Origin: an uncultured bacterium | GTDB lineage: Bacteria; Margulisbacteria; WOR-1; CAVSGV01 | DNA: 64,000 nucleotides | Assembly: GCA_963768305.1 (NCBI GenBank) | Contig: CAVYHE010000007.1 | Location: 32,001-96,000 of the forward strand | Direction of reading: 5' to 3' | In this document: piece by piece, positions 33,316 to 44,860 of the stretch | Numbering within the stretch: the stretch's first letter is position 1 | Layout of the letters: every line of letters starts with the position of its first letter | The notes under the pieces: generated by a model | What the model saw: the letters and a program-made list of their open reading frames with translations, nothing else | Told to the model about the DNA's origin: nothing | The model's database searches: none | Made by a program: the position numbers and the translations under genes

Positions 33316-35187
33316 ATGAGATACATTATTTGTTTCTTTTTGATCTCAATATTATCTTTTGGCGGCTTCTCCGCACCAAAAAATATCCAGCCGGCATCTT
33401 CCGAAATATCATCTCCTGCCCCCCTACCAGCATCTGCCTCTGCTGAACCGGCATCCACCATAAAACAGAAAAAAATCGAAGAGCACTTTGAAACGGGCTA
33501 TTCCCTTTTAAATAAGGGAAGCTACAAAAAAGCGCTGGCGAAATTCGTTGAAGTACTTTCATCCGAGCCTGATAGATCTGATAAGCTGAAAGCGCGATGC
33601 TGGATGGCTAAAACATATTATAGGATGGATCACTATAAATATGCGATAGATCAGTGTAATGCGGCTTTATTGATAAAACCAGGCGACAAGTTTTCGCTGT
33701 ATTTAAGGTCGCTTGCCTGGAAAAAGTCGCTTGCCTGGAAAAAGTTCATAGCAAAAAGATCCACTCCGCAGCCAAAAGCGATCTCCAATGAAACATTGGC
33801 TGAAAATGAGCAAGAAATAACGGGATCCCCTTCTTCTCAAGAGGCAACAAACGCTTTAAGCTTAAGCACGGAAGAAGCCGCGACCTCACAGAAACTGCCT
33901 GTGATCAAAGCGAAAAATAAGGAACCTCAGCATCTGATCTCCTTGGACCTCCGCAACGTGGACATAAGTTCGGTGCTCCAGGTCTTTTCAAAGGAAACGG
34001 GCATCAGTGTCATCGCCGGCAATGACGTTTACGGAAAAGTTTCGGTGCTTTTGAACAATGTGACGCCGGACGACGCGCTGGACATCATCTTAAAATCGAA
34101 CGGCTACACATACATTAGGGAGGGCGACCTTGTGCAGGTCTTTTCCTCCACGGAACCGGTCAGGGTAGAAGAGCTTCCGGACGGTACTTTTGTCAGGACA
34201 TTCGTCATCAATTACGTGGACCCTGATGAGCTTTTGTCAACTTTGACCAAGCTTATGCCGGATGGGACGAACATTTACACTACCAAAGGGAACAAGACCA
34301 TCATTATCAAAGGCACGGCTGATGACCTGAAGAGGGCCGAGATATTGATAAGGAACTTGGACATTCCGCCGAGGCAGGTGATGGTGGAATCAAGGATCAT
34401 TGAGGTCGGGCTGGATGAAACAGGAGCTTTGGCAACATCCCATCAATGGACCAACCCGAACAACGCCCTTGAGTCAGCCGCGTCTTACACGGGGACGAAG
34501 ACTGTCCCCGACCTTTCAACATTGACGTCTTCAAATACAACACCGACCATTCCCGCTCCCACTCCGGGGCTTTATTATCAGATCACGAACCAGAACATCA
34601 CCTCCTACGTGAATGCCCTTGCTTCCCACACCAACGTGACCGAACTTTCAAGTCCAAGGGTCATGGCGGTGGACGGAAAAGAGGCGACAATAATCACCGG
34701 CGGACAGCTAGGCTATAACGCGCAAACCACGACATCGAGCAGCGGGACCACGACATCGGTTGCATTCATGGACTACGGAACTAAGCTGACCATAACGCCA
34801 AGCATTAAAAGCGACGGCCTCATAGCTATGGACATTCATCCGGAGATCAGCCTCGCCAATATAAACCAAGGATTGCCGGTTAAGACCACTACCGAAACGA
34901 CGACGCATTTGATCGTTAAGGACGGACAAACCATCATTATCGGAGGATTAATAACGAACTCATCGGACAGAACGGTGTCCGGCGTGCCTTTCCTTATGGA
35001 TATCCCGGTTGTCGGCCTCCTTTTCAAGGGTACGAGCATCACTAATTCCAAAAAGGAAATCATTGTTCTAATAACCCCCCATATCATGAACCAAAAATAT
35101 TTAACTGAAATGGAATCATCCGGCGCCGATCTTGAACAGAGAAGGAAAGATAACTCATCCGTAATGCCGATGGACTTAATCAGGTAA
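33316..35187 (+). CDS. pilQ: Secretin (PilQ/GspD) with N-terminal TPR region
   Basis: ISLDLRNVDI, LDIPPRQVMVESRIIEV, SSPRV, GQTIIIGGL, VPFLMDIPVVGLLF, ITPHI. Confidence 0.92.
   Translation: MRYIICFFLISILSFGGFSAPKNIQPASSEISSPAPLPASASAEPASTIKQKKIEEHFETGYSLLNKGSYKKALAKFVEVLSSEPDRSDKLKARCWMAKTYYRMDHYKYAIDQCNAALLIKPGDKFSLYLRSLAWKKSLAWKKFIAKRSTPQPKAISNETLAENEQEITGSPSSQEATNALSLSTEEAATSQKLPVIKAKNKEPQHLISLDLRNVDISSVLQVFSKETGISVIAGNDVYGKVSVLLNNVTPDDALDIILKSNGYTYIREGDLVQVFSSTEPVRVEELPDGTFVRTFVINYVDPDELLSTLTKLMPDGTNIYTTKGNKTIIIKGTADDLKRAEILIRNLDIPPRQVMVESRIIEVGLDETGALATSHQWTNPNNALESAASYTGTKTVPDLSTLTSSNTTPTIPAPTPGLYYQITNQNITSYVNALASHTNVTELSSPRVMAVDGKEATIITGGQLGYNAQTTTSSSGTTTSVAFMDYGTKLTITPSIKSDGLIAMDIHPEISLANINQGLPVKTTTETTTHLIVKDGQTIIIGGLITNSSDRTVSGVPFLMDIPVVGLLFKGTSITNSKKEIIVLITPHIMNQKYLTEMESSGADLEQRRKDNSSVMPMDLIR
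33708..33745 (+). repeat. Exact 18-bp tandem duplication in pilQ (SLAWKK x2)
   Basis: gtcgcttgcctggaaaaa occurs twice in tandem. Confidence 0.9.
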
Positions 35188-35880
35188 TTTTGGTATCGAA
35201 TCAAGAAGAATTCTTGTGTAAGCGTCCTTTGGACCCTTGTATATTTCCTCGACAGCCCCGGTTTCAATTATCTTTCCGCTTTTCATCACCGCTATCCTGT
35301 CGCACATGAATCGGACAACTGACAGATCATGGGCGATGAGCATATAGGTCAATCCGAACTGAATTTTCAATTTCTTAAGGAGTTTCAATATTTCCAGCTG
35401 CACGGTCATATCCAGCGATGAAACAGGCTCGTCAAGGACGAGGAATTTGGGCCTTATGCTCAAAGCGCGGGCGATGCAAACCCTTTGCCGCTGCCCACCG
35501 GAGAGCTCGTGAGGATATCGGTCCGCGAAAGCGGGGTCAAGCTCGACCTCTTTCAGTATCTCGCCTGTATCCCTTGAGATGCCATGAATTGAAAGCGCCT
35601 CCTGGACCGCCTCGCCTATCTTCACGCGCGGGTTAAGGGATGTGTACGGATTCTGGAAAACGATCTGGAAATTTTTCCTTGAAAATCCGCCTGAGTATTC
35701 CACCTTACCTTTTGATGCGGATATCAATTTAAGGATTATCCTCGCGAGGGTCGTTTTTCCCGAGCCCGATTCCCCGACGACCCCGAAAGATCCCCCTTCA
35801 TTTACCGAGAAGCTGACATCATCCAGCGCCATGGCCCTGCCGAAATTCTTGCTGACCTTATCTACTTCAATTATGCCCAA
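35176..35880 (-). CDS. Peptide ABC transporter ATPase (OppF/DppF-like)
   Basis: GESGSGKT, YPHELSGGQRQR, DEPVSSLD. Confidence 0.93.
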   Translation of the reverse strand: MGIIEVDKVSKNFGRAMALDDVSFSVNEGGSFGVVGESGSGKTTLARIILKLISASKGKVEYSGGFSRKNFQIVFQNPYTSLNPRVKIGEAVQEALSIHGISRDTGEILKEVELDPAFADRYPHELSGGQRQRVCIARALSIRPKFLVLDEPVSSLDMTVQLEILKLLKKLKIQFGLTYMLIAHDLSVVRFMCDRIAVMKSGKIIETGAVEEIYKGPKDAYTRILLDSIPKLPD

Positions 35881-36667
35881 CGCTCATCTCCTTGTATGAA
35901 TTAACTAATTTTGACGTGTATGCGTTCTTTGGAGCTTTCACGATATCAGAAGAGCTGCCGCTCTCCACAATGCGGCCGTTCTGCATGACGTATATCCTGC
36001 CGCAGAAGGAAGAAACAAGTCCGATATTGTGTGAAATGAAAAGGATGGTCGTTTTTAATTCTTTCAACAGTTCGAGGATGCTTTTTTGGGTCGTAACGTC
36101 AAGCGCGGTGGTCGGCTCATCGGCAATAATGAGGTCGGGAGAAAGCGCGCAGGCCACCGCCACGGCAACTCTTTGTTTCATTCCCCCGCTGAACTGATGG
36201 GGATAATCATTCGCCCGTTTTTCCGGATCATCAATGTGGACTTTTTTCAGCATGTCCACGGCCATATCCCATGCTTCTTTTTTGGAATAATCCTGGTGTA
36301 TCCTGTAAACCTCTGCTATCTGCTCCCCGATCTTCATGACCGGATTAAGGGAAGAGAAAGGGTCCTGAAAGACCATTGATATGTCCCCTCCCCTGATCTC
36401 TCGCATCGCCGAAGGAGAAAGTTTCATGATGTCGCCGCCCTTCCATATTATCTCGCCCGATATTTTTCCTGGCTGGTCGATCAATCTGAGGATGGCCAGC
36501 GCAAGCGACGATTTGCCGCAGCCGGATTCTCCTACCAGCCCGACCATTTCGCCTTTTTGTACGAAAAGGTCCGCGTCTTCCACGGCTTTCGTGATAATTC
36601 CTCTATTAAAATAACTGACGGAAAGTTTTCTGATATCCATCAGTTTGTCTTCGGTATAATCGTTCAT
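35867..36667 (-). CDS. Peptide ABC transporter ATPase (OppD/DppD-like)
   Basis: GESGCGKS, YPHQFSGGMKQR, DEPTTALD. Confidence 0.93.
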   Translation of the reverse strand: MNDYTEDKLMDIRKLSVSYFNRGIITKAVEDADLFVQKGEMVGLVGESGCGKSSLALAILRLIDQPGKISGEIIWKGGDIMKLSPSAMREIRGGDISMVFQDPFSSLNPVMKIGEQIAEVYRIHQDYSKKEAWDMAVDMLKKVHIDDPEKRANDYPHQFSGGMKQRVAVAVACALSPDLIIADEPTTALDVTTQKSILELLKELKTTILFISHNIGLVSSFCGRIYVMQNGRIVESGSSSDIVKAPKNAYTSKLVNSYKEMSVGHN

Positions 36668-37467
36668 TCTCTTGGATTAAGCCCCTCTCTCAAGCCTTCC
36701 CCGACAAAATAAAGCGAAAGCACGGCGATGATTATCACTAATCCCGGGATAACCGCCATCCAGGGGGCATCAAGCAAATAAGACTGCGAATCCATGAGCA
36801 TATTGCCCCAGCTGGGCATGGGCGGCTGGACACCAAGCCCCAGGAAACTTAGCGCGGATTCGGTAAGTATGGCCCCGGCCATGCCTAGAGTTCCCGCGAC
36901 GATCACAGGCGGCAAGGCATTTGGAAGGATATGCCTGAAAATGATCCTGATATCGCTGCAGCCGATAGCTCTTGCCGCTTCTACAAAGTCGCGCTCTTTC
37001 AACGCAAGGAATTCCCCCCTGACGAGCCGGGCTATACCCATCCACGATGTCGCTCCGATCACTATCATTACATTGAATATGCTCGGAGTTAACACCGATT
37101 GAACGGCTAATATCAAAAAGATCGTCGGAAAAGAAAGCATTATGTCAGTGAACCGCATTATGACCTCATCAAGGAACCCGCCGTAATAGCCGGACAAACA
37201 CCCGAGCGTCACGCCGACGGTCAAAGAAACCGATACGGCAATCACCGCAACAGAAAGAGATATCCTGCCGCCGTACAGGAGCCGGCTGAAAATATCCCGG
37301 CCGAGGTCATCGGTACCGAAAATATGCCTGGCCGACGGAGCAGCTATGTGATCTTCCAATATCCTGTTCGGATCATAGGGCGCGATTATGGGAGCAAAAA
37401 CGGACATTAAAAATAATGCGGACAATATTATCAATCCGAACAACGCGAGCTTATTTTTTTTCAGCAT
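36664..37467 (-). CDS. Peptide ABC transporter permease (OppC/DppC-like)
   Basis: GTDDLGRD, EAARAIG, HILPN, LSFLGLG. Confidence 0.93.
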   Translation of the reverse strand: MLKKNKLALFGLIILSALFLMSVFAPIIAPYDPNRILEDHIAAPSARHIFGTDDLGRDIFSRLLYGGRISLSVAVIAVSVSLTVGVTLGCLSGYYGGFLDEVIMRFTDIMLSFPTIFLILAVQSVLTPSIFNVMIVIGATSWMGIARLVRGEFLALKERDFVEAARAIGCSDIRIIFRHILPNALPPVIVAGTLGMAGAILTESALSFLGLGVQPPMPSWGNMLMDSQSYLLDAPWMAVIPGLVIIIAVLSLYFVGEGLREGLNPRE

Positions 37468-38365
37468 ATCGTATCCTCGGATCCACCAGTGAGTAGCCTA
37501 TATCGGCCAAGAGATTGCACAGGATTATCAGAACGGCCGTGAACATCGTTATCCCCATTATGAGCGGATAGTTGCGCGAGAATACGGCTGATACTCCAAG
37601 CCGTCCCATCCCCGGCCATGCGAATATGGTCTCGATGATGAACGCTCCGCCGAAAAGATCGGGCAGTGAAAGTCCTAGCAGGGTAACGATCGGGATCAAT
37701 GCGTTCCTTAATGCATGCTTGAATATTACAACATTCTCCGGAAGCCCTTTAGCCCTGGCGACCTTGATATATTCCTGGCCCAGCACTTCAAGCATGCTCG
37801 CCCTCTGATACCTTGTGATCCCGGCAAGGCCGGAGATCGTCATGACAGCCGCTGGAAGGATAATGTTGCCGAAAGGCGGGACCCATTCCAGCTTCAGGGA
37901 AAATACAAGCATGAAGATCAGCGCCAGCCAGAACGTGGGGATCGACATGAAAAGAAAAGAAAGCACCGTAAAAGAATTATCAAAAAGAGAGCCTTTCCTG
38001 ACCGCCGAGATCACTCCGGCAGGAATCGATATCAGGAGGATCAATATGTATGAAATGCTCATTAACAAGAGGGTCATGGGAAGGCGCTCAAATATTTCAG
38101 CTGTCACCGGCTTCCCGGAAATATACGAATATCCGAAATTTAACATGGCGGCGTTCTTGAGCCACATTATATACTGCGTCGCTATCGGCTTATCCAGCCC
38201 CCAGTTCGCGCGGATCCTTGCCAGCTCCGCGGGTTTGATGTTCGGGTCGGTAAAAAGTGCGGTTGGATCCCCCGGCGCCATGTGCATCACAAAGAAAGTG
38301 ATAAGTGATATCCCTATCAATAATGGGATTAACTGCAGTAATCGCCTGATGATAAATTTATTCAT
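37451..38365 (-). CDS. Peptide ABC transporter permease (OppB/DppB-like)
   Basis: APGDP, ARAKGL, HALRNA, ETIFAWPGMG, DPRIRY. Confidence 0.93.
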   Translation of the reverse strand: MNKFIIRRLLQLIPLLIGISLITFFVMHMAPGDPTALFTDPNIKPAELARIRANWGLDKPIATQYIMWLKNAAMLNFGYSYISGKPVTAEIFERLPMTLLLMSISYILILLISIPAGVISAVRKGSLFDNSFTVLSFLFMSIPTFWLALIFMLVFSLKLEWVPPFGNIILPAAVMTISGLAGITRYQRASMLEVLGQEYIKVARAKGLPENVVIFKHALRNALIPIVTLLGLSLPDLFGGAFIIETIFAWPGMGRLGVSAVFSRNYPLIMGITMFTAVLIILCNLLADIGYSLVDPRIRYAEKK

Positions 38366-38368
38366 TGA

Positions 38369-39896
38369 TCACTTTTTCTTGATATATACTTTCTCGATAT
38401 CCAGGAACAATCCCGCCGGTCCCGGCTCCGAAAGTCCTCCAACCCTGTCCCTAACGCCCGAAAGGACTTTCGGATACCAGAGGAAAATATACGGGGCATC
38501 ATTTGTTATCTCCTTGTACATTTTGGCGTAGATCTTCTTTCTTCCTTCCCTGGACTGCTCTTTCCTTCCGGCATCCAACAGCCTGTCTACCTCCGGATTG
38601 TTGTAGCCGATGAAGTTAAGTCCCTTAGGATACTGGCTCGAATGCCATATTGAATATGAATCGGGGTCCACACCCGTCGCCCAACCGATAATGACAGCAT
38701 CAAAATCTTTCGGGTCCTGTTTTGTGTTGATGATCTTAAGGAGAGCGCTCCATTCGAGGACTTTAATGTTCATTTTCACGCCCACGCGCTCGAACTGCTG
38801 TTGCAGTATCGTGGCCGCTTTTTCCCTTTCCTTGCTCCCATGATTTATCAGGACGGTGAATTCCAAATCCTTCACTCCCGCCTGCCTCAAAAGTGCCCTT
38901 GCTTTCTTCGGATCATATTCATATTTCTGCACTTCATCGCTGTAAGCCCATGAGATGGGAGCGCTGGGGGAATATGCCGGCAATGCCTGGCCTAAAAATA
39001 TGAGCCCTATCAGCTGTTTCCTGTTAACCGCACAGGCCAGGGCTTTCCTCACCCTGACATCCTCGAATTTCGGCGACCTTAAATTGAATCCAAGATATGT
39101 GTAAACAAGGTCGTCATATTTATAAAGGTTGACGTGCTTCATCGGGTGGAAATCCTTCGGCGGAATTCCGGCTTCATCGATATCCCCAGATCTGAGCGCG
39201 ACAAGGGAAGTGTTCTCGTCGGGGATGATCTTGAACAATATTTCGGCAAGTTTTGGAACGCCGCCGTAATAATTGGGGTTCCTTTTTACCAGGACATGGT
39301 CGCCTGCTTTGTATTCCACAAAAATAAAAGGCCCGGTCCCGACCGGATGCCTGTTAAAATCGGACATATCCAGAACTTTCCCTTCAAGCAAATGCTTCGG
39401 AAGTATTCCCATTGAAGCATTGGAAAGGAACGGCGAGAAAGGCTTTGGCAAAACCGCTTTAAATGTGTATTTGTCGACGACGAAGAATTTGATCGGCTTC
39501 CCGTCGATGATATAGTCCCCGCGCCTTACGGAATTGACCTTCGGGTTAAGGATGGTATCAAAAGTGAATTTGACGTCCTCTGCAGTAAAAGGCTCTCCAT
39601 CATGCCATTTCACATCTTTTCTCAGATGAAAGGTCCATATAAGGCCGCTTCTAGATACTCTCCATGATCTTGCAAGGTCAGGAATGAAGTTAAGTTTCTT
39701 ATCCACCTTAACAAGGCCTGTAAAAATAACACCTTCAATAGCAGATGATGTTGAATCGCTGGAAAGTATCGGATTCACTACCGATACCTCACCGCCCAAT
39801 GACATTACTAGGCGGCCTTTCGGATCAAAGTCAGCGGCAAAGGAGAAATTAACAAGAAATAATAAGGAATAAAAGGGCTGTTGATATATATTTCAC
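38369..39896 (-). CDS. Peptide ABC transporter substrate-binding protein, family 5 (indel in signal peptide)
   Basis: PDLA.SW, WHDGEPFTAEDV, PVGTGPF, DVRVRKA; GTG start at 39896 with a hydrophobic leader in a shifted frame. Confidence 0.9.
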
Positions 39897-39968
39897 ATGA
39901 TAATTATAGCTGAAAAAGCAGGCATGCGCTATGCAAGGCTAAAAGCCTTGCCCACGTCTTTTCCCGCT

Positions 39969-40376
39969 TTACATATTACTTAATTCCAGAATTTCTGAAT
40001 ATCCGTTTCTCTTATATCCAATTAACTTGTATGCCGAAGTCTGATCGTCATAGACATATATTATCTTTCCGGCCGTGTCGGATTCCGTATATTCTTTTCC
40101 CGTGAAAGGATTCTTCGGAATAGTGGTGACATAACCGCCCTGGCTAAGATATTCGTCGATCAATTCCTTCAATGATATGTTATTCCCCATCGGATATGCT
40201 TCGTTCTCCATATTATATGCCTCTATCGCCATCTGGATCGAGTGCATGACCGCCTTGACCCCTGCTTCTCGCGCCCTGTCCTGAACGCCCACGAAGTTCG
40301 GCATCATGAACGCGGCAATGATGCTGATGATTGCTATGACCACAAGCAGTTCAATTAGAGTAAAAGCTTTGCTCAT
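39969..40376 (-). CDS. Type IV pilin / pseudopilin-like protein
   Basis: MSKA|FTLIELL; AIEAY...YP; PKNPFTG. Confidence 0.88.
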   Translation of the reverse strand: MSKAFTLIELLVVIAIISIIAAFMMPNFVGVQDRAREAGVKAVMHSIQMAIEAYNMENEAYPMGNNISLKELIDEYLSQGGYVTTIPKNPFTGKEYTESDTAGKIIYVYDDQTSAYKLIGYKRNGYSEILELSNM

Positions 40377-40391
40377 AAAAACCCCCTTAAT

Positions 40392-41389
40392 TTAACTTCC
40401 TAATGCATTAATTAATTTGATTATCGGCATGAACATTGCGAAAACGATCAATCCCACGACGAGACCGGTTGCCAAAGTTGAAACCGGTTCCACTAAACTG
40501 GTAAATGTTTTCATGTCATTTTCGATCTCTTCGGAGTGCATTTCCGCCAGCTCGCCAAAGACCCGGTCAAGAGATGAAGAATGCTGCCCTGCTGATATCA
40601 GCGAAATGTCCGTGTCATCGAACAGGCCCGTTGTCTGCAGGCTGTCGCTCAGGCCGTTCCCATCATAAACGAGCTTTATGCATTCTTCAAGCTTTTCCTT
40701 GTACATTGGGCTGTTCACAAGGCCGGCTGAAAGCATAAGTGAATCCATTATGCTCATTCCCGACGATAATGCTTCGCCCATTGAACCGAAAAATGAGGCC
40801 GCGATCATCTTTGACCGCATCCTGCCGATGATAGGGAACCGGAATCCCCTATCGCTCATAACATATCTGAATGCGAAGTATGCAAGCGTTGCAATGATGA
40901 TCATGAACAAAGGAAGAAATCTGCCGGAATCGAGAATGAACCTGCTTATTAACGGCAGCTCTATGCCGATGGAACGGAATATCCCGGCAAATGAAGGCAG
41001 CAGGACAGAAACCAATATGAACAGCGAGATAAAACAAAGGGTGAGGACAAAAGCCGGATAAACAAGCGCCCCAGCGATCTTTTTTTGAAGCTTTCGTTCT
41101 TTTCCATATACTGGCACGATTTCTTCAATCCCATGTATAGCGCGCCGCTTCTTTCCGATACGGAAATAATGCCAATTACCGAAGAAGGAAAAATAACGGG
41201 ATCAAGTGCGGCAGAGAAAGACCCGCCGGATTTGACCTTTTCTGCGATCATTTTGAAATGATCAGTTATGGCGGCTGCATCAAGCGCGGCGGATAATGTC
41301 ATGCCTGCTCCTGTCAAAAGTGCGAGTTTCTTGAGGAAGCCGACCTTTTCCTTATTGCTTATCTTAGATCTTAAAAAAAGTCTTAGCAT
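40392..41389 (-). CDS. Second, shorter PilC/GspF-family platform protein (indel in an A-run near 41085)
   Basis: SERSGAL, ALVYP, LPL, LVEP, MFMPI over two ORFs. Confidence 0.82.
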
Positions 41390-42125
41390 TTTCTGTCGTG
41401 ATCCTTCCGGTCTCATCGACGGTCAAACCTTTTATCTTTGCGAGGATCTCAGCGACATATTTCACATAAGACGGCTCGTTTCTTTTGCCGCGATACGGCT
41501 CCGGTGTGAGATACGGGCAGTCCGTTTCGATCAATATCCTGTCGATCGGAGCTATTCTCGCAATATCGATGATATTCTTTGCCTTCTTGAAAGTTACCAT
41601 CCCATTGATGGAAACATAAAATCCGTTGTCCAGTATCCACTTCAGTTCGTCAAGCGTCCCGCCGAAGCTGTGAAAGACCCCTTTCACCTCGCCTTTGCCC
41701 TCCGAATGGATTATGTCGACCATGTCGGGATATGACTCCCTGCCATGGAAGATCACGGGTTTTTTCTCATCGCGCGCGGTCCACAGCAATTTTGAGAACA
41801 TCCGTTTTTGTTCGTTCGGAGTGGACAGGTTATAATGATAATCGAGGCCAATCTCGCCAAGCGCAACAACTCGAGGTTTTTTAAGAAGATCGGTGATGGT
41901 CTTATAGCAAGTTTCATCAAAAGACTTGGCATCATGGGGATGGATGCCAACTGCAGTATAAATGAAATCGCTGTCAGCTGATAAAAGTGTCGATTTTTCC
42001 GACGATGGGATGTCGAAACCGACATCAATAATGAATTCGAGGCCGGCGGATTTGGCTCGGCTCAAAACCTCGTCAATGTCTTGATATTCGGGCATTGTAA
42101 GATGCGCATGCGTGTCTGTAAGCAT
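41364..42125 (-). CDS. tatD: TatD-family nuclease
   Basis: DTHAH, GIHPH, GEIGLDY, ETDCPYLTP. Confidence 0.95.
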   Translation of the reverse strand: MLTDTHAHLTMPEYQDIDEVLSRAKSAGLEFIIDVGFDIPSSEKSTLLSADSDFIYTAVGIHPHDAKSFDETCYKTITDLLKKPRVVALGEIGLDYHYNLSTPNEQKRMFSKLLWTARDEKKPVIFHGRESYPDMVDIIHSEGKGEVKGVFHSFGGTLDELKWILDNGFYVSINGMVTFKKAKNIIDIARIAPIDRILIETDCPYLTPEPYRGKRNEPSYVKYVAEILAKIKGLTVDETGRITTENAKTFFKI

Positions 42126-42137
42126 AATTTTACTGTT

Positions 42138-43724
42138 TTATTTTTCTATTCGCGGGAACAGCGGACCGCCTTTATTGACCTTAGCAGCAATTTTCGAGCC
42201 AAATTTCACTGCTTCAGGGCCATCCAGTGATTCTTTCTCAAGCCCGAGCTGTCCGATCATGTTCAAGGCGGTAGACGGCATGAAAGGAGATATCATCGCG
42301 GCGGTAATTCTCAAGACTTCGGCAAGATTGTATATCACGGCCTTCAGCTCTTCGTTCTTGCCTTCCTTGGATAGCTTCCATGGCGCTTCCTTTTCGATGT
42401 AGTTATTGGCAAGATTTATAAGCTTCCATACCGCTGATAAAGCTTCGGAAAACTGAAGCTCATCCATATGCTTCGAATAAGCGCCGGGAGTTTCTTTGGC
42501 AAGCGCCATCAATTGGGAACTATGTTCGTCAAAGTTTGGTTTGGCCGGAACTGATACTTCACCATTGAAATATTTCTCTATCATTGTAAGCGATCTGTTC
42601 AGGAGATTGCCGATGTCGTTCGCAAGGTCAGAATTGAAGCGCGAAATGAGGGCATCCCTTGAAAAATCACCGTCCATCCCGAAAGGCACTTCCCTCAAAA
42701 GGAAATATCTGACCGCGTCAACGCCGAATTCTTTCGAAAGCGCGATGGGATCCACAACATTTCCTTTTGATTTTGACATTTTATGGCCTTCTGATGTCCA
42801 CCAGCCGTGACCGAATATTGTCTTAGGCAGGGGAAGCCCCAGCGCCATGAGCATGCACGGCCAGATCACCGCGTGGAACCTGACTATTTCTTTCCCCATC
42901 AGATGCAGGTCCGCCGGCCATAATCTTTCGAATCGGGGACGGTTGATTTCATATCCCGGCGCGGAAATATAATTTATCAGCGCATCGAACCAGACATAGA
43001 TAACATGCTTATTATCCTCGGCGACGGGAACTCCCCAGTCAAAAGCTGTGCGCGTGACGCTGAGGTCTTTCAGGCCGGAATTAATGAAACTCAAAACTTC
43101 ATTTCTTCTTGATCCGGGCTTTATGAATTCCGGATGGGATTCAATGTGTTTCAAAAGCTCCCTTTCATATTTTGAGAGCTTGAAGAAATAGGTTTTTTCC
43201 TTTATCTTCTGGACAGGCCTTCCGCAATCAGGGCAGAAATTGCCGTGCGGTTCGTGCTCGCTGCCGGCGGTTTTCGCTTTCGGCGTATTTACTCTCGCTT
43301 CCTTCAATTGCATATCCGTCCAGAAGGTCTCGCACGGCGTGCAGTACCAGCCTTCGTATTCGCCTTTATAGATATCGCCTGATTTCAATAGTTTTGAGAA
43401 TACGCTCTGAACTACCTTAACGTGCCGGTCTTCTGTTGTGCGAATGAAATCATTGTATGAGATATTCAAGGCTTCCCACGCGGACTTGAATCGCGTGACT
43501 ATCTGATCGCAGAATGGTTTCGGCTCAAGGCCCTTTGCCTTTGCGGCTTCAGCTATCTTTTGCCCGTGCTCGTCGGTGCCGGTAAGAAAAAAAACATCGA
43601 ATCCTTTTGACCTTTTATATCGCGCCATGACATCCGCAGCGATCGTCGTGTACGCATGGCCGATATGGGGGATATCGTTAATGTAATAGATAGGCGTAGT
43701 TATGTAGAATTTCGGTTTCATCAA
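42138..43724 (-). CDS. metG: Methionyl-tRNA synthetase (short form)
   Basis: FYITTPIYY, HIGH, GTDEHGQK, YVWFDAL, KMSKS. Confidence 0.97.
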   Translation of the reverse strand: MMKPKFYITTPIYYINDIPHIGHAYTTIAADVMARYKRSKGFDVFFLTGTDEHGQKIAEAAKAKGLEPKPFCDQIVTRFKSAWEALNISYNDFIRTTEDRHVKVVQSVFSKLLKSGDIYKGEYEGWYCTPCETFWTDMQLKEARVNTPKAKTAGSEHEPHGNFCPDCGRPVQKIKEKTYFFKLSKYERELLKHIESHPEFIKPGSRRNEVLSFINSGLKDLSVTRTAFDWGVPVAEDNKHVIYVWFDALINYISAPGYEINRPRFERLWPADLHLMGKEIVRFHAVIWPCMLMALGLPLPKTIFGHGWWTSEGHKMSKSKGNVVDPIALSKEFGVDAVRYFLLREVPFGMDGDFSRDALISRFNSDLANDIGNLLNRSLTMIEKYFNGEVSVPAKPNFDEHSSQLMALAKETPGAYSKHMDELQFSEALSAVWKLINLANNYIEKEAPWKLSKEGKNEELKAVIYNLAEVLRITAAMISPFMPSTALNMIGQLGLEKESLDGPEAVKFGSKIAAKVNKGGPLFPRIEK

Positions 43725-43748
43725 AGGGAATTATAGCACACGATAAGA

Positions 43749-44860
43749 TTACCCGAAGGTAAAAGTGAACAGCATGGCTCCTGGTTCCCGGATGATCAAC
43801 TCTATCGTATGGCGACCGTAATCGGATCCTTCGATCAGCTTGTAGAGCCTGGCATCTTTAACCGTGACATAACCGTCAACTCCGACATCAGCCCCCGCGT
43901 CAGCGCCAAGAGGCTTTCCGTCCTTCAAAACCTTTATCTTGACGGGCTTATCCGACCTGGCTACCAGATATACGTTCTTTGAGTTATATATATATGTAAC
44001 TAAAGCGCCGGGAGCCTTATTTTCGGCAAATTGGCCGCTGAAAGCCCATGAACCGCCCAAATAAAAAGTGTTTTCACTGAATGAACGCGGCAGCTGAAAT
44101 TGCTGGATGCCGGCAAAGTGAGGAATTCCATTGCCTAGTAAGTCGTTCCTGGCAGAGCCGAAATAAGTTTCTGGACTTTTGACTTTTGATCCGTTCATCT
44201 CGATAGCTTTCGGCTTTGCTATGCCCGTAGGGATAATTTCTTTAATTCCCAGCCGCTGATTTCTCTCTGCCAAAAGTTCCTGAATTTTTTTCTCCATTTC
44301 CGGATATCCGCCTTCGCCGATCTGGTCGAACGCGATGAAGCCGTCGATGTCTATCAGATATTTCCTCGGCCAGTACTGGTTCCTGTAAGCGATCCACGTG
44401 GAATAGTTATTGTCCTGGACGACCGGATATTTAATGCCGAATTTCCTGACCGCCGAAGCTACATTGGCCTTGTTCTTTTCAAAGTCGAATTCCGGCGTGT
44501 GGATGCCGATAATTTCAAGGCCTTTGTCGTGATATTTATCGTACCAGGCGTTTATATACGGCGTCTCGCGCTGGCAGTTGATGCAGGAATATGTCCAGAA
44601 CAAGACCATTATGACTTTTTTCCCGATAAGGCTTTCGATCGTGAAAGGTTCCGTGTTTATGAAACCTGAAGGGTTGACGATCTCCTTTGCCCTTTCATAT
44701 TGATTCGCTTTTTGTTTGATGATCGGATTTTCTGACTTGATCGTTATGCCCGCGGTCGATCCGACGGATCTTTTTCAGGCCTGACGGATTCTAGCCGGTA
44801 GATAGCAGCAACTATCAGTATAACGGCAATTATCAGGCCTATTGTCCGCGCGTTCTTCAT
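43749..44860 (-). CDS. DipZ-like membrane-anchored thioredoxin with C-terminal beta domain (indel near 44770)
   Basis: FWTYSCINC, GIHTPEF, N.YWP, GEG.Y, PETY.G, FTFG; TM-encoding start at ATG 44860. Confidence 0.85.

Noticed and set aside
39919..39936. sigma54-like GG-N10-GC (caGGCAtgcgctaTGCaa) on the plus strand
   Set aside because: It points into the 3' end of a minus-strand gene with no plus-strand ORF downstream and overlaps a hairpin.
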